Assembly: GCF_004010195.1 (NCBI RefSeq)
Contig: NC_057718.1
Coordinates: 26,477,688 to 26,541,687, forward strand
Direction of reading: 5' to 3'
Origin: Chiloscyllium plagiosum
Lineage: Eukaryota
DNA length: 64,000 bases
Below, one piece after another: positions 13,501 through 25,649 of this stretch. The first letter of the stretch is position 1. Every line of letters begins with the position of its first letter. The translations under genes and the position numbers were made by a program. The notes beneath the pieces are model-generated. The model saw only the letters and a program-made list of their open reading frames with translations, was not told where the DNA came from and did not search any database.

Positions 13501-16500
13501 AAAAGTGGCTATCCAAATTGCCATGAGTTACAGGAGTGGACATAAGGTCATATGTGTTGGCACAGATGGGTGAGTTGAGGGGCTGTGAAGGGGTGAGGGA
13601 TGATTTTCTCCTTCACTGTGGTCTACAGACAGGACAAAGTGTCAAAGTCCCAGGGTGGGCATTTTCCTTGGGCTGAGCTACACCTGGAAGTCCTTGTGGC
13701 TGCCACCAAATGCTAAATGTGATGGGTCTGACTTCTGTGAACATCCACCCACCTCCGGAATGAAAATCCAACTCTCCAGCTCACTTTCTCTCAATTCGGG
13801 TTTGTGGAGCCCGGAGTTTTTCTGACTCTGTGCTCCTGCCACAGGCCTGCAGCCTTTCGCTGACTGTTTGGGGCCAACCATTGTTGCAGCCTTTGTTAGA
13901 GAAAAAAGAAGCTGACAAAATAAGTCTGCAGGCAGAAAAAAGAAATAAGGTGGCAAGTGTTGAACCAATGCAGTGCTCGAAAACCCTGTACGTTATCTGC
14001 ATCACAAAAGCAAAATTTGAGGATGCTAGAAATTTGAAATCAAGCGCAACGAGTTGGAAGTGAGGATGATCACTTCCTCCCGAAGATAAGACCTGGCCAC
14101 AGGCAGATATAGTGTGATCAATGAAGGAGAAAATGTCAGTCTCTTTAAACTACACATCGCAGCCATACTCCAGATGGTCCTACAGGTAGTGTCCAAAATG
14201 TGGTCTTCATGAAATCTGCTGAACAATGTCATATTCTTACATCTTGTTCACGTCTTTCTTAGAAGCTGCTCAGGCATGACATGGATTGAGGTGGCAACTT
14301 CCTTCTGATACTCTTCGTATGCCAACATTTTAAGAGAGCTTTACACATAAAATCACTCCAGTGCAACGTGCCTGTGTGAAGTCTTATCACTTGGGTAGCT
14401 CTGCTGATTAGATGGTTAATGCACCATGGAGAATCATGCCAATGGTATGGGTTCAGCTCCCATTCCAGCTGGAGAAAGCTCTGTCTTCTCCATGCTTGTG
14501 GAGTGCTTCTCCTCAAATGATCTGTAACTAATTGTGTGTCTCTGTAATGGAGAGAGATGCCTCTGTCTTTTGCAGACTATGACCAATTATTTCTTTTACT
14601 GACACACAATGGGCTGTAAAATGGCTGAACAAATGTCATAAATGACTGTCTACAGCAAGAAACCTAACAGCGAAGGAGCTGTCACAGATTGTGATAGAAA
14701 GAAAATCAAAGTAATGAGTCACCGATGATCTCTTTCACATTTGTGTTAATTTTATTCAGTTGTGGACAGACACACCTCTGGACCAGAAGGTTACAAGTTC
14801 AAGCACCAAGCTGTGATGTAAGCATGTAAATTAAGATGAGTTTTTGGAGCAGAAACTGTGTTACTATTTGTGTTATATAGTTGGGAAGAGCAGAGTGTGG
14901 AATTAGAAAAAAACAATGGATGTAGATTGGACAAGACTATTGCTCCTTTTTCAGAATTTCGGGTTGGTGAAGGAAGTCTCTGGGAATTGTGTATCATCAG
15001 GACTTTTATGTCTTGTGTGCGAGAAACGGTTTGTTAACATGAGCCTTTTTTGATGGCAACTAAGTCCAGGCACAATGGATAAAATATAGTTTCTGGTGAA
15101 TACAACTCAAGAACTGAAAGTAACCATGAGTGCATTATTTCAATAACCTTTTGTTCTTTTAATTATACTAATGTGTGATCATTGTTGACATTATGCAGTA
15201 TTATTTTGTAGTTCTCTTCAGAATTATAAACCCCAGATCATAGTACATAATTGTTGCGACCTTTACAAGAAGGAAAGGACTGACAAAAAAATCCAAGATG
15301 GAATGTGTGCTCACATGTTGAATTAGTGCAGTGCCCCAAATCCCCATTCATTAACTGTGAAGGTACGTGCTATTACAAAATCTACACGCTGTGGATGCTG
15401 AAAATTGGAAATAATGTGCCACTGGATGGATATGAGGAAGATTACTCTTCTTACAGTAATGAAGTAACCCTTTCCAAGACTATGCCTGGCAGCAGGTGAC
15501 CAAGGACAATATGCATCGTACATAGAGTAAGTAGTGAGAGATCATGCGTACTTTGAGAGATTACACACAGTCCCACATTTGTGTGGGAAGTACTTATAAC
15601 CACATGAGCCGTATCTTTGTTATATCAATAAATTAAAATGGCATTTTATTTTTTATTTGAATTGCCAGTTAATTAATATTGAGTTATATTGCTTTTCATT
15701 GGTTCAGTGGAACAAAGTTTGAAGAGTGACATTTGATCGCTGGCTTTCTTTCTGAAGCCTTTGAGCTTTTCTTTGGTCTCTGTGTGTATCAAAACACTCC
15801 CCTTCCAGAAAGTGACTCATTAGTGCTTACAGAGCTCCTGAAAATAATAGAAGAGACTCTACAAATGAATGATTATATGCGGTTAGCATATTGGCTGATA
15901 CTGCAAATTAGTTCATGCCGGAAGGCATCAGTGGCAAAATATTGATGGGAGGTAATTACTCCAACATCCACTGGCAATGCTACTATACATTGCTTGGCAT
16001 CCTTAAATCAGATGGCATAGATTTTAATCAGTTCAAAGCTGATCACTAACAGGGAGTTATGCCGGCTAACAGATATAAATGGAGTCATATAATGGATGCA
16101 GACAGTCCATTTCTGGTGACCATTGATCTCCCTGGAATTCTTTCATTCGCCATTTGTCATCAATTATGAAATGTCCGTTTGATGCTTCAAAATAAATTTG
16201 CACCATTAATTTTAACTTGGCTTTCAGCCCCTGATGTAATGAATCACTTAGCTATCACTTTTCTTGAAAATCTATATTGTAATAGTTCTTTTTTATATCC
16301 CTCGCTTTCATTTTTAGCTCTTCTGATTTTGCTGAACTCATGCAAACATTTCCCTTTCAGGCAATTTTCTGTGGAATCAGTAGGTAAAGGGCTCAGTTTT
16401 GCTATAGCAATAAAAGTGAGTGGTTATCAGTGCTATTTATATGGGAATTAAACAACAATTTTTGATGAGTGCACACAAACAGAAAGGGAAACATTAAAAT

Positions 16501-16599
16501 GTGATGATCCACAAAAGTTTTTTTGGAAATGCCATTCCGGCATCTGGTTTGTGATTCAAATACATAGAACAGCATGAAGTTGCTGTCCTCAGTAATAAC

Positions 16600-16920
16600 A
16601 TACTCACTGATACTCAGTTTGGGTTCTGTAAGGGCCATTTGACTCCTGACTTCATTACAGCCTTGGTCCAAACCTAGAGAAAAGAGCTGAACTCCAGAGG
16701 TGAGGTGAGAGTGAGTACCCTTGACATCAAGATAGCATTTGACCGAAAATGGTACCAAGGAGCTTGTACAAAACTAGGAATCAAGAGAAATACCTTCTGT
16801 TGGTTGGATGGCCTGATATTTCACAGAAAGCAAAATAGTTGGGATTGGTGGACGTCAATCATCTCAGGCTGAAGACATCACTGCAGGAGTGCCTCCTTGT
16901 AATGTCCTCAACCAAATACT
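16600..16920 (+). mobile_element. Fragment of a second CR1/L2-group LINE family (RT region)
   Basis: Homologous to the reverse complement of 29800-30130, with LDIKIAFDR-like and ITAGVP-like motifs. Confidence 0.65.
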
Positions 16921-19900
16921 GTGGACTAGTGTCAGAGCTGCCCTTGCTTTACTGTGCTGGAACCCCTTTACCGAAGACGATCTCCCTTGTCTTGACTGAG
17001 GACTGGTGACAACTAAGATAAGCTTTCTGGCTTTGTGTCGAGGCTAAACAATATGGCAGTACAGCAGCTTTGTGAGTCTGGTATCTCTGGCTGAGGGGGC
17101 AGTGCTCAAAAAGGTAATGCAAGGCAAGACATGGATGCTGTTAATAAGGTTGTTAACAAATAACAATCCTCCTTAAGAGGCAACTCTGCACCATCTGGCG
17201 AGAAACTCACCTTAAAATGTGGAGCTGAGCTAAAAGATGCAACGGGTTGTTTCCAATGTCAAGACAGGTCTCACTGGACTTCTTTTGTGATTCTGCCACA
17301 TTTCTCACCAGAGCCAATGTAATTCAGACATCCATAAGTTTCTGCCTGTGTTTCACCAATCTATCCTTTAAGTGTGTTAATATTCCTTTCTATTCGGATT
17401 TTCAAGAGCCGTTTAATGTGATGGCCCATTAAGCTAATAGTTCTAAAATGCTTGCATTGTATTGCTTCAGATTTTTGACGTAACAATGAATAATAAATGT
17501 CTTGAGTCACTTGGAATGTAGCCATTCATATATATATTTGATCACAATTTTTTTGTTATAATTTCTAATTCTGTGTTTCCAAGGTCTTTCAGATGTTCCA
17601 TTGTTACTTCATCTATGCCTGGAGATTTTCCTGTACTCATCAATGTTTATCTCTGATATAATGTTTCATCTATCAGTTCCCTCTATGCCTTGAAGATTCC
17701 CTCAATTGGAAACTTCATATAATTTACGTATATATCCTATTTCTTTGTCACTGCATCCCTCTAAAATAATATTTTACCCTCTTTGTCTTTTTATTCACCT
17801 ATGGTCTGTTGTTATTTTTATCTTTCTGTCAAAGATTTCACCTTACAGTGGATAACTCCCCTGTGACTTTGTGACTTTGTCTAACTCTAATACCTCATCG
17901 GACATCCCATTGTACAATTTCTCTTCTTCACTTTCATTTTGATTTCATCATATTCAGGTTTGTTTCACTTCATTCTTCTTTCTACCAGCACTGCTAATAT
18001 ATCATCTGTCATCCAATCTTGTCTCTATTTCTTTTCTGTTTATTTTATCTCTCTCAACCAATTAATCTTCAGCTTACTTTACTTCTGTTTTTAATCTGAT
18101 TTGCCTATAAAATATTATTGTAACTGGCACTTTTTTGTTCAGACTGCATCGCAAATTAGCAAGTTTTTGATCTGACTGTTAAAGGAAATATTATTGCTCT
18201 CTCTCTAATAACTCTGCCTAATACACAACTCGCTGCCTCTCCCGCTCACCATTTCTCTTCCCATCACTTCCCACTCGCAAGTCCTCTCACTCCCTTGTTT
18301 GCTTTCTTCCTTTTACTGCCCCTTTCCTGAGCCCTCACACAGCCCTTGCTGAGATTGTGGGAACAAAGTGTTGTGGAAGCGAGAGGTTAAGTGGCAGAGG
18401 TTCAGACAAGGAAGTGGTAGGGTCAGTGAAGGAAGGGACAAAAAAGAAGACTGATGAATGTGAGAGGTAGTGAGCAGCAGGGTCCAGGGTGTTAGTAGTT
18501 ACTGAACACTTATGAGTAGATTTTCCTGCCTTGGCCATAGTTTAAGGAGCTGCTTGAGTTCCATTGTCACGCCAGGACAAAAGTTAGGTTTACTGACCCT
18601 AAAAGCAAATAGTAAACAGCCACACGCAGGGATGTGTGCCAAAGTTGGCTGTTTAGTCTCAGTTATCTGTGAGTCCAGCCCAGTTGTATCAGAGTTCTCA
18701 GGCCCTCTACTACTCATCCTTTCCACCCCTTTGGTATGCTCTTTCATTCCCTTACACCCTCTCACCATCCACCCACTCCTATCTTCTCTCCACACCAATA
18801 TATGTCCTTACAAATACACCTTCACATCCCTTCACCCATTGCCATCTCCACACCAACTCATGTCCCTTCATTTCCCATGATTCCATGCAAACTTCATAGC
18901 AATGAGAATTCCCAATGTTCAGTCTAGGAAGACCTCACGTGGAGATGAAAGCAGGAGCCTCCAAAGGTTCCATCTCATACGCACTCCTATTCAAGAAATC
19001 TATTCACAACTTTCAAATCTCCTCAGGTGGGTGATCTGGTTCAAAAACAAACAAGTTTCTATTCAGTCGGCACATCAAAGGCAGCTAATCCATTACACTG
19101 AAAATCAAATATTGAAATCAAAGTCCCTGGTGAGAAAATGCAATCATTTGAAATTCAGCCAGAAATCCTGGCCAATATATACTAACATCCCTCGGGAAAT
19201 GTCAATAAAAGAATCTAGAGAAATTGTGGAATGGGTTGTAATGTTTTTTCTAAGCTACACCAGATGATGTAGCAATCAAAGCAGCCCAGCTGACAGGAAC
19301 TTTAAGCCTTTTTTTTAAGTTTAAAAAACAGAGACACTTAAACAGATCAGTCTATCTTTGTGTTTCACTTGCTCTGTCAATTTGCAATGTTTAGCCTGTC
19401 CTGCCCCGTTCCCTTCCGACAAAAATTAGATCCATATCTAGGTCCCACCATATCAGCATCTAATTGGTTTATCTTTTATCAGTTTTTTTTTTGCATTTTC
19501 TGCTCCTAAACATCTATTTGAGAAATAAGTTGCTATGAATCTGTAAGTCTGTAATCTTTAAAATTCTACTTGAGGCTTGATTAAAGTTGCAATTTCACAG
19601 CTGGGTCTCGGTAATTTTTTAGTGAATATCCCTGATCTATAGGGACTGATACTTGGCTGACAGGTGCTGTCAGTGTTGAAGCCAGTGCAATTTTTTCACC
19701 AGTCAGAGAAAGATCCATCTTCTAGTTAGATACTTCATGCTTGACACAAATATTAAGTACAGTTAAGAGAATGAATAAAAGAATCTCTAACTTTTTAATC
19801 AAAACAATTTTCCCAAATAAATGGCAGTAACATTTAATAACAGATGATACGCTTCAAATCTGGAAAATGAAATGGATAAATGCCTTTAAACCCTTTGAGC

Positions 19901-19989
19901 TCTATTGATTAGGGGAGGCAGTAGCATGGTGATAATATGACTGGACTAGGATTCCAGTGCCCTAGGCTAATGTTTGTTAGAACTGGGAG

Positions 19990-20250
19990 TCAAGGTTGTG
20001 GGTACAGGGTAAGACTGAAATTTGGTGAAATTCCTTCACTCAGAGAGGAGTGAGCCTGTGAAATTCTCTACCATAGAAAGTGGTTGAGGCCAAAACATTG
20101 AAAGTTTTCAAGAAGAAGTCAGACATGGCTGTTGGAGCTAACGAGTTCAAAGGGTATGGGGAGAAAATGGGAACAGAGTGCTGAGTTGGATGATCAGACA
20201 TGGTATTATTGAATGGCCAAGCAAGCTCAAAGGGTGGAATGTCCTACTTT
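19990..20250 (+). mobile_element. CR1 3'-end fragment, preceded by a SINE tRNA-like head at 19912-19980
   Basis: FTQRGVSL-like CR1 C-terminus and 3' UTR. Confidence 0.6.
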
Positions 20251-20256
20251 TTTTAA

Positions 20257-20500
20257 ATTATTCATTAATGGGATGAGGGTGTTGCCAGCGAGGACAGCAT
20301 TTATTGCCCATTCCTATTTGCCCAGAGGCCAGTTAAGAGTCAACCATATTGCTGTGGATCTGGAGTCACATGCAGGTTAGACCAGGGAAGGATGGCAGTT
20401 TCCTTCCCTAATGGACATTAGTGAACCAGATGAATCTTTCTGACAATTGACAATGGGTTTGTGGCCATTATTAGACTCTTAATTCCAGAGTTGTATTGAA
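20257..20500 (-). mobile_element. SINE whose body matches the LINE leader at 31800-31960 and whose tail matches the LINE 3' end at 28755-28820
   Basis: Direct sequence similarity within the window. Confidence 0.75.
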
Positions 20501-21949
20501 TTCTTGCTTCTATGTTCTACGTTCTATGATTGTGAAGTTCTCTATTAATGGACAAAGTGAGTGATCAGCCCAATTCTGGTTGAAACAAGCAGAAAGAAAA
20601 CTCTGCTATGTTTCTTTTATTGATATGATGAAGATGACAGACTGTGCCCAGAATGCCACTCTGTACTGCAGTGAACGTTGTCTGTTGTGCCTGTAGAGGC
20701 CGATCAAAAATGGCAATTCCTACAGCTGGTGCAGATGAACGGTGTTGACCTACTGATTGTTTTGTACCTTCTGGCTGCCTCCTTTTCCCACTATCTCTTC
20801 AGTTCTTTTTTCTTCCTTTTCCATGAACTTCCTGACTGCTTGTCTCAAGCAGTAAGAATTCCCAAATATCAACTCAAATTCCAGTTATCTTGAAGGCTAG
20901 CTTCCAGATGTTCTTGTCATCCAAGCACAGGTAATTCATTGCTCTTGTGCCAAAGCAACCTCACCATAGATCATGTCTTAGGGGGTGTAGATGTTACCCC
21001 CTTCAGCTACATGACCCAGCCAACAGAGACATGCTGACTCAAGGGAAAGCGTGCTGTATCCTGCCAGGAGATGCCCATATTCGATAATGGCAGCAGAGAT
21101 GGAAGATGTTTACCTTGCCAAGCCTGTTCATGTTTTGCCACTATAAAGGAGAGTGCTCAGAATACAGTCTTCTATTATGCAGCTTTGTATTTTCAGGCAG
21201 TTTGCTGTTTGTCTTGACTCAATTTTGACAAGGTGGCTGCAACCTCATAAATCCTGCTGCTAATGTCGGCAACAAGGGTCAGGTTGCTGGTAACTGTTGA
21301 TCTGAGCTATGTGAAGGACTGCAGTGTGGTTGTCAGTGTTGGAGAAAGGTGGAATATCTACATCCTGGCCCTTAAAGTCAGTCATTCTGACGTTGATTCT
21401 TTGCCCAAACTCCTTGCAGGCCTGAACGAACCATTCTACAGAGTGCTGCAAGTGAGTTTCAGTTGGGATACCAGTGGGGCTTCATCAGCAGTTCAGGAAC
21501 TAGAATGGTGGGACAAGCCAAGGCTACATCCAACTCTCTGTGTCATATTTTTCTCCATGGTACAACTGTAAACATTTGATGGCTCAAATGCGTCACAAAA
21601 AGCACTTTAACCTTAATGTGCTGTCTCGCTAAGTTGAACAACTTGTTATCACCTCTCACATGCGGGTAGACACCGTCATCTGAGTGTTCAAAATCATAGA
21701 GTGATAACGTAAAGGAAAATATGCCGAAGAGAATTGGTGCCTGCACACAGCCCTGCTTGACCCTCTCCCCACCCCTCCGGAGCCTGAAGGCATGTGTCCA
21801 TTGCAACTGACAGAACTGTGTATGCTTTTGAGGCAAGAAGAAATGACGCTCAGGACTCCAGGCAGATTGTCTGTTTTCTGCAAACATTTAAAGAGTTTGC
21901 CTCCGCTGTACGATCAAAAATCTTGGTGAGGTCTGTGAAGTCAATGTCT

Positions 21950-22771
21950 AGTGATGTGCGCTGTTCGCTGCAGTTCTCTTGTACCTGCAGCTGTCAGAAA
22001 ATCAGGTCAATTATTGCTGTGTCAGTCCTGCAGAAACACTGAGATTGATAGCTGAACTGACATTATCACTGACACCAGAGGCTACAGTTTACTTAGAGCA
22101 AAGCGAACAAAGACCTTTCCCGTAACATTAAACAAGCTGACGCCTTAGTAATTGTTGCAGTCACTACTGACTCCTTCACTTTTGACTATTTTAGCATTAC
22201 ACACGTCTTGCCGGACAAATCTCTCCCAGCAGCAGCGTTTGTGGAAATCCGACAGCAGTACCAGCTTTTCAACTTGTAACAATGTCAGATGGAATGCCAT
22301 CATTTCCTGAGGCTTTGCCACTGGCAAAAAGGTAAATAGCTTGTGGGTTTTCCACTACGGTGGATTGGCAATCCCGCTTCTTCATGAACAGTGGCAAAGC
22401 CTCAGGAAATGATGGCATTCCATCTGACATTGTTACAAGTTGAAAAGCTGGTGCTGCTGCCGGATTTCCACAATCGCGTTTGTCTCTGCTGCTGGGAGAG
22501 ATTTGTCCGGCAAGACGTGTGAAATGCTAAAATAGTCAAAAGCGAAGGAGTCAGTGGTGACTGCAACAATGACTAAGGCGTCGGCTTGTTTAATGTTACG
22601 GGAAAGGTCTTTGTTCGCTTTGCTCTAAGTAAACTGTAGCCTCTGGTGTCAGTGATAATGTCAGTTCAGCTATCAATCTCAGTGTTTCTGCAGGACTGAC
22701 ACAGCAATAATTGACCTGATTTTCTGACAGCTGCAGGTACAAGAGAACTGCAGCGAACAGCGCACATCACT
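21950..22771. repeat. Long inverted repeat: arms 21950-22323 and 22389-22771, 65 bp spacer
   Basis: The arms are reverse complements with only scattered substitutions and one ~9 bp indel. Confidence 0.95.
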
Positions 22772-22784
22772 CGAGATGACATCA

Positions 22785-22826
22785 GGAATTCCTGATGAAG
22801 GGCTTTTGCCCGAAACGTCGATTTCC
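22785..22826 (+). ncRNA. Putative minimal type I hammerhead ribozyme in a Penelope terminal repeat (fragment extends to ~22920)
   Basis: GGAATTC-CTGATGA-A-GGGC(TTTT)GCCC-GAAA-CG-TC-GATTTCC: conserved core boxes, stem II, minimal palindromic stem III, GUC site and a 7-bp stem I with one mismatch. Confidence 0.7.
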
Positions 22827-23399
22827 TGCTCCTCGGATGCTGCCTGACCTGCTGTGCTTTTCCAGCACTACTCTAATCTAGACTCTGATCTCCAGCATCT
22901 GCAGTCCTCAGTTTCGCCTAGCATCTGGATTTTGTTTGCCGGAGATTTGCTTGTAGTTCACGAGAGCTGTGGTCTTGGTTTGCAGTAACTGGCCCCATTT
23001 CCGCCCAACAAGCCTCAGACCAGTCAGCATTTCGCTGATCTCTTTTCTCCATGGACAGTGAATGAAGAGGCTCCACTTTGACACCATATCTGGTTGTGTG
23101 CTTTGGTACCTGAGAGTGTCAGTTTGAGGCTGTTGAAGAATCCTGGGTCCTTTCTGGATCAGTAGTACAGCAAATGTGGATCTGAGGTTAACCTTTGCCC
23201 TTGAATTGACTTTCAGCTTTCTTGATGAAGCTTGCTACATATCAGGGAGTGCTGAGTGTCACATGGTCAATGCTATGATAGCTGTGAGTAATGAGAACCC
23301 AACTGAGGCGATATGTTTAAAGATAATGAAATCTAGCTGGTGTTAGAGGCACCAGAATTTGTCCTGGACTCGTGGTAGCATGCTTGCTTTTGAAGTTCC

Positions 23400-23492
23400 C
23401 CACATTCCTGAGGAAGAGCTTGAATTGTCGACTCCCCTGCTCCTCAGATGCTGCCTGACTGGCTGTGCTTTTCCAGCACTACATTTTTGACT
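23400..23492 (+). mobile_element. Penelope terminal fragment with a disrupted hammerhead
   Basis: CATTCCTGAGGAAGAGC...GTCGACTCCCCTGCTCCTCAGATGCTGCCTGAC matches the PLE terminus. Confidence 0.7.
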
Positions 23493-25649
23493 CTTGCTTA
23501 TGAAGTAGCTGTTTGTCACACACAAACTCCATGGTAACTTCAGTAACATTTTTTTTCATTCATCTTGCCGATTCCCTGATGCCCTCTGCACATTAGCCAA
23601 GCTGTGTAGATGTTGCCCCACCCTCACATTGAGGTCACTTCAAAGCTACATTCCCTAATTGTTGGGAATTGTATTAAGGCCAGCAACAAGTATCTCATAG
23701 AATTGATCCTTGATGTATGGGGAGATGGTGAGTCTTGCAGCGTAGATGCACATCAGGGCTAACTGAGCCAATGTGTGTTGTTTAACCAAAACATATTTCT
23801 GTCTCCTGAATGTCAATAAAAGGTAATAACAGAAGCTTATATTTATGATGCACTGTAAATCTGTAAATTTAAATCTGAATAAAAGCTTTAAATGTTTTGA
23901 CCTCTATTGATTATGAAGCCCTGAATAGATGGGCAAAGTGAGTGATCAGCCCAATCCTGACCGAACTGAGCTGATAGTTAAACTAGGCTTTGTTTCTGTG
24001 GATAATAGAACGTAAAAGTGGTTACGACTTTTCTCGGCCACTCTTAAAGACAAGACAGAAAATTACCTCTCACACTAGAATGATGTAAATGCAGTGATGT
24101 GAATCTGAGCCAAAATTTTCAGTCTCTCTCTATCCTTTTCCTATCAATGTCACTGAACTTTCTGATTGGAAAATCTGCTCTATTATATTTTCATGATACA
24201 ACATTTTGGAGGGCAACAAACTGAAAGCCTCACTGATATCTATAATTTCATTTTCTTTCAGTCTCAAGTCAGATTCAGTTAAATGTCATTATGGTTGATT
24301 TTAAAGGAAACAGACCTGGACAGAATCAGCAAGTTAAAGCACATTTTATTTATTGTTGCTTTCATTTGATCAGTCAGAGGTGTCAGCAATGTAGTGATAT
24401 TCAGTGTCGCTAAGTAAGGCAAAGAAATGAATGAGGGTTCACACTCTTAGTTTGAACTGATGTCAGATGAGACCAGGATTGGGATCTTCACAATAAGAAA
24501 AGGTACTGATGTTCAAGCCCCAAAAATCTGCAAGATGTTGAGCACACTAATGGCATGAGCTAGATCAGCTAGGAATGGAAACAAGACCCAGTTATATTTA
24601 ACTCCAGTTATCAATTTTAACCTCTGCTGGAAGAGGATGGAGGGGATTTTGCGCCTTCCCATTCCACAAAAAGCCATGGAATTGGTCATATAACGTAACC
24701 TATCCAAACTTGCATCAGACTCAGACACTGGGTGGAATGTTTAGGGCATGCCTAGAGCTTTTAAAGGAACAGTAAGAGGAAACTTATTTGGGCAGGAGGT
24801 AAAATTTCAGTTTCCCAACAATGGGTTAAAGTTTGATTAAATTCTTAGGAAGTTTCAGGCTGTTTGGCTTATCATGAATACTCCAGCCAACCGGAGCTAT
24901 GTTCATGGGCGCAAGAAACAGGGATCACATGTTCACAAACGTGCAGCTGGTGAGGTAGACTGCTTCTTCCAAACCCCGGTAATTAAGAACTGCCTTACTA
25001 ACCTGGCAAAACAGCAAGCTGTCTCTTTGCACAGAATGTATACAGTGTTGGAGTGAAGCCTCTCCACGTTGAACAGCTCAGAGAACGTCTCAGTTATATG
25101 TGGTGTGGCTTGTTATCATTAAAGACTTATAGTGTAAGAGGTGAAGCCTGACCAGGTCAACAGGTCTGTCCAGGTGAGGTAGCCACAGTAACTGACACCT
25201 GCAAACTTGACTGGGGAGCAGGGATGCATGGACTAGGGGCTCAGACTCGAATGGTCGAATCCTCCTGGATGTGTCCTATACTGTTCTGTGCAAGCTTTTG
25301 GATAGTCATTAGCTGTGTCACTGGATCTGAAATTTTAACTGATTTCTCTCCACAGGTGCTGCCAGAGCTGCTGAACTTTTCTGGCAATTTCTGTTTTTGT
25401 ATCTGATGTGTATGTTCTCCTAATTCTAATGAAAAGTCAGTGATTTGATGGTGTATGAGCAGCTGATTGTTGTAGGTTATTTTATGCTTGAATTTGAAAA
25501 CAGGCAGATGTGTACAGACTGTGCCACTGTGATGCAAGCAGTGTGCTACATTGCTAGTTTCAGTCAAGTGGCTGACTTTGATCACATATGATGCTTCCGA
25601 TGCAGATGCCTAGAATCCAACTTCCTGTGTGACAGCTATCAGCCGTGGC

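Larger units (their letters stand above)
20850..23770 (-). mobile_element. Degenerate RTE-clade LINE (endonuclease plus RT) containing an internal inverted duplication and two Penelope fragments
   Basis: Minus-strand RVKQGCVQAPILF (RTE GVKQGCVLAP), GDLNVRVG (GDFNARVG), DCNNY and DFTDLTKIFD-like motifs. Confidence 0.8.

Noticed and set aside
14790..15560. Possible piggyBac transposase fossil
   Set aside because: Only vague motif resemblance, with no TIRs or TTAA-bounded ends that I could establish.
17430..18330. Pyrimidine/AT-rich tract as a functional element
   Set aside because: Low complexity, with no periodicity or motif that I could support.
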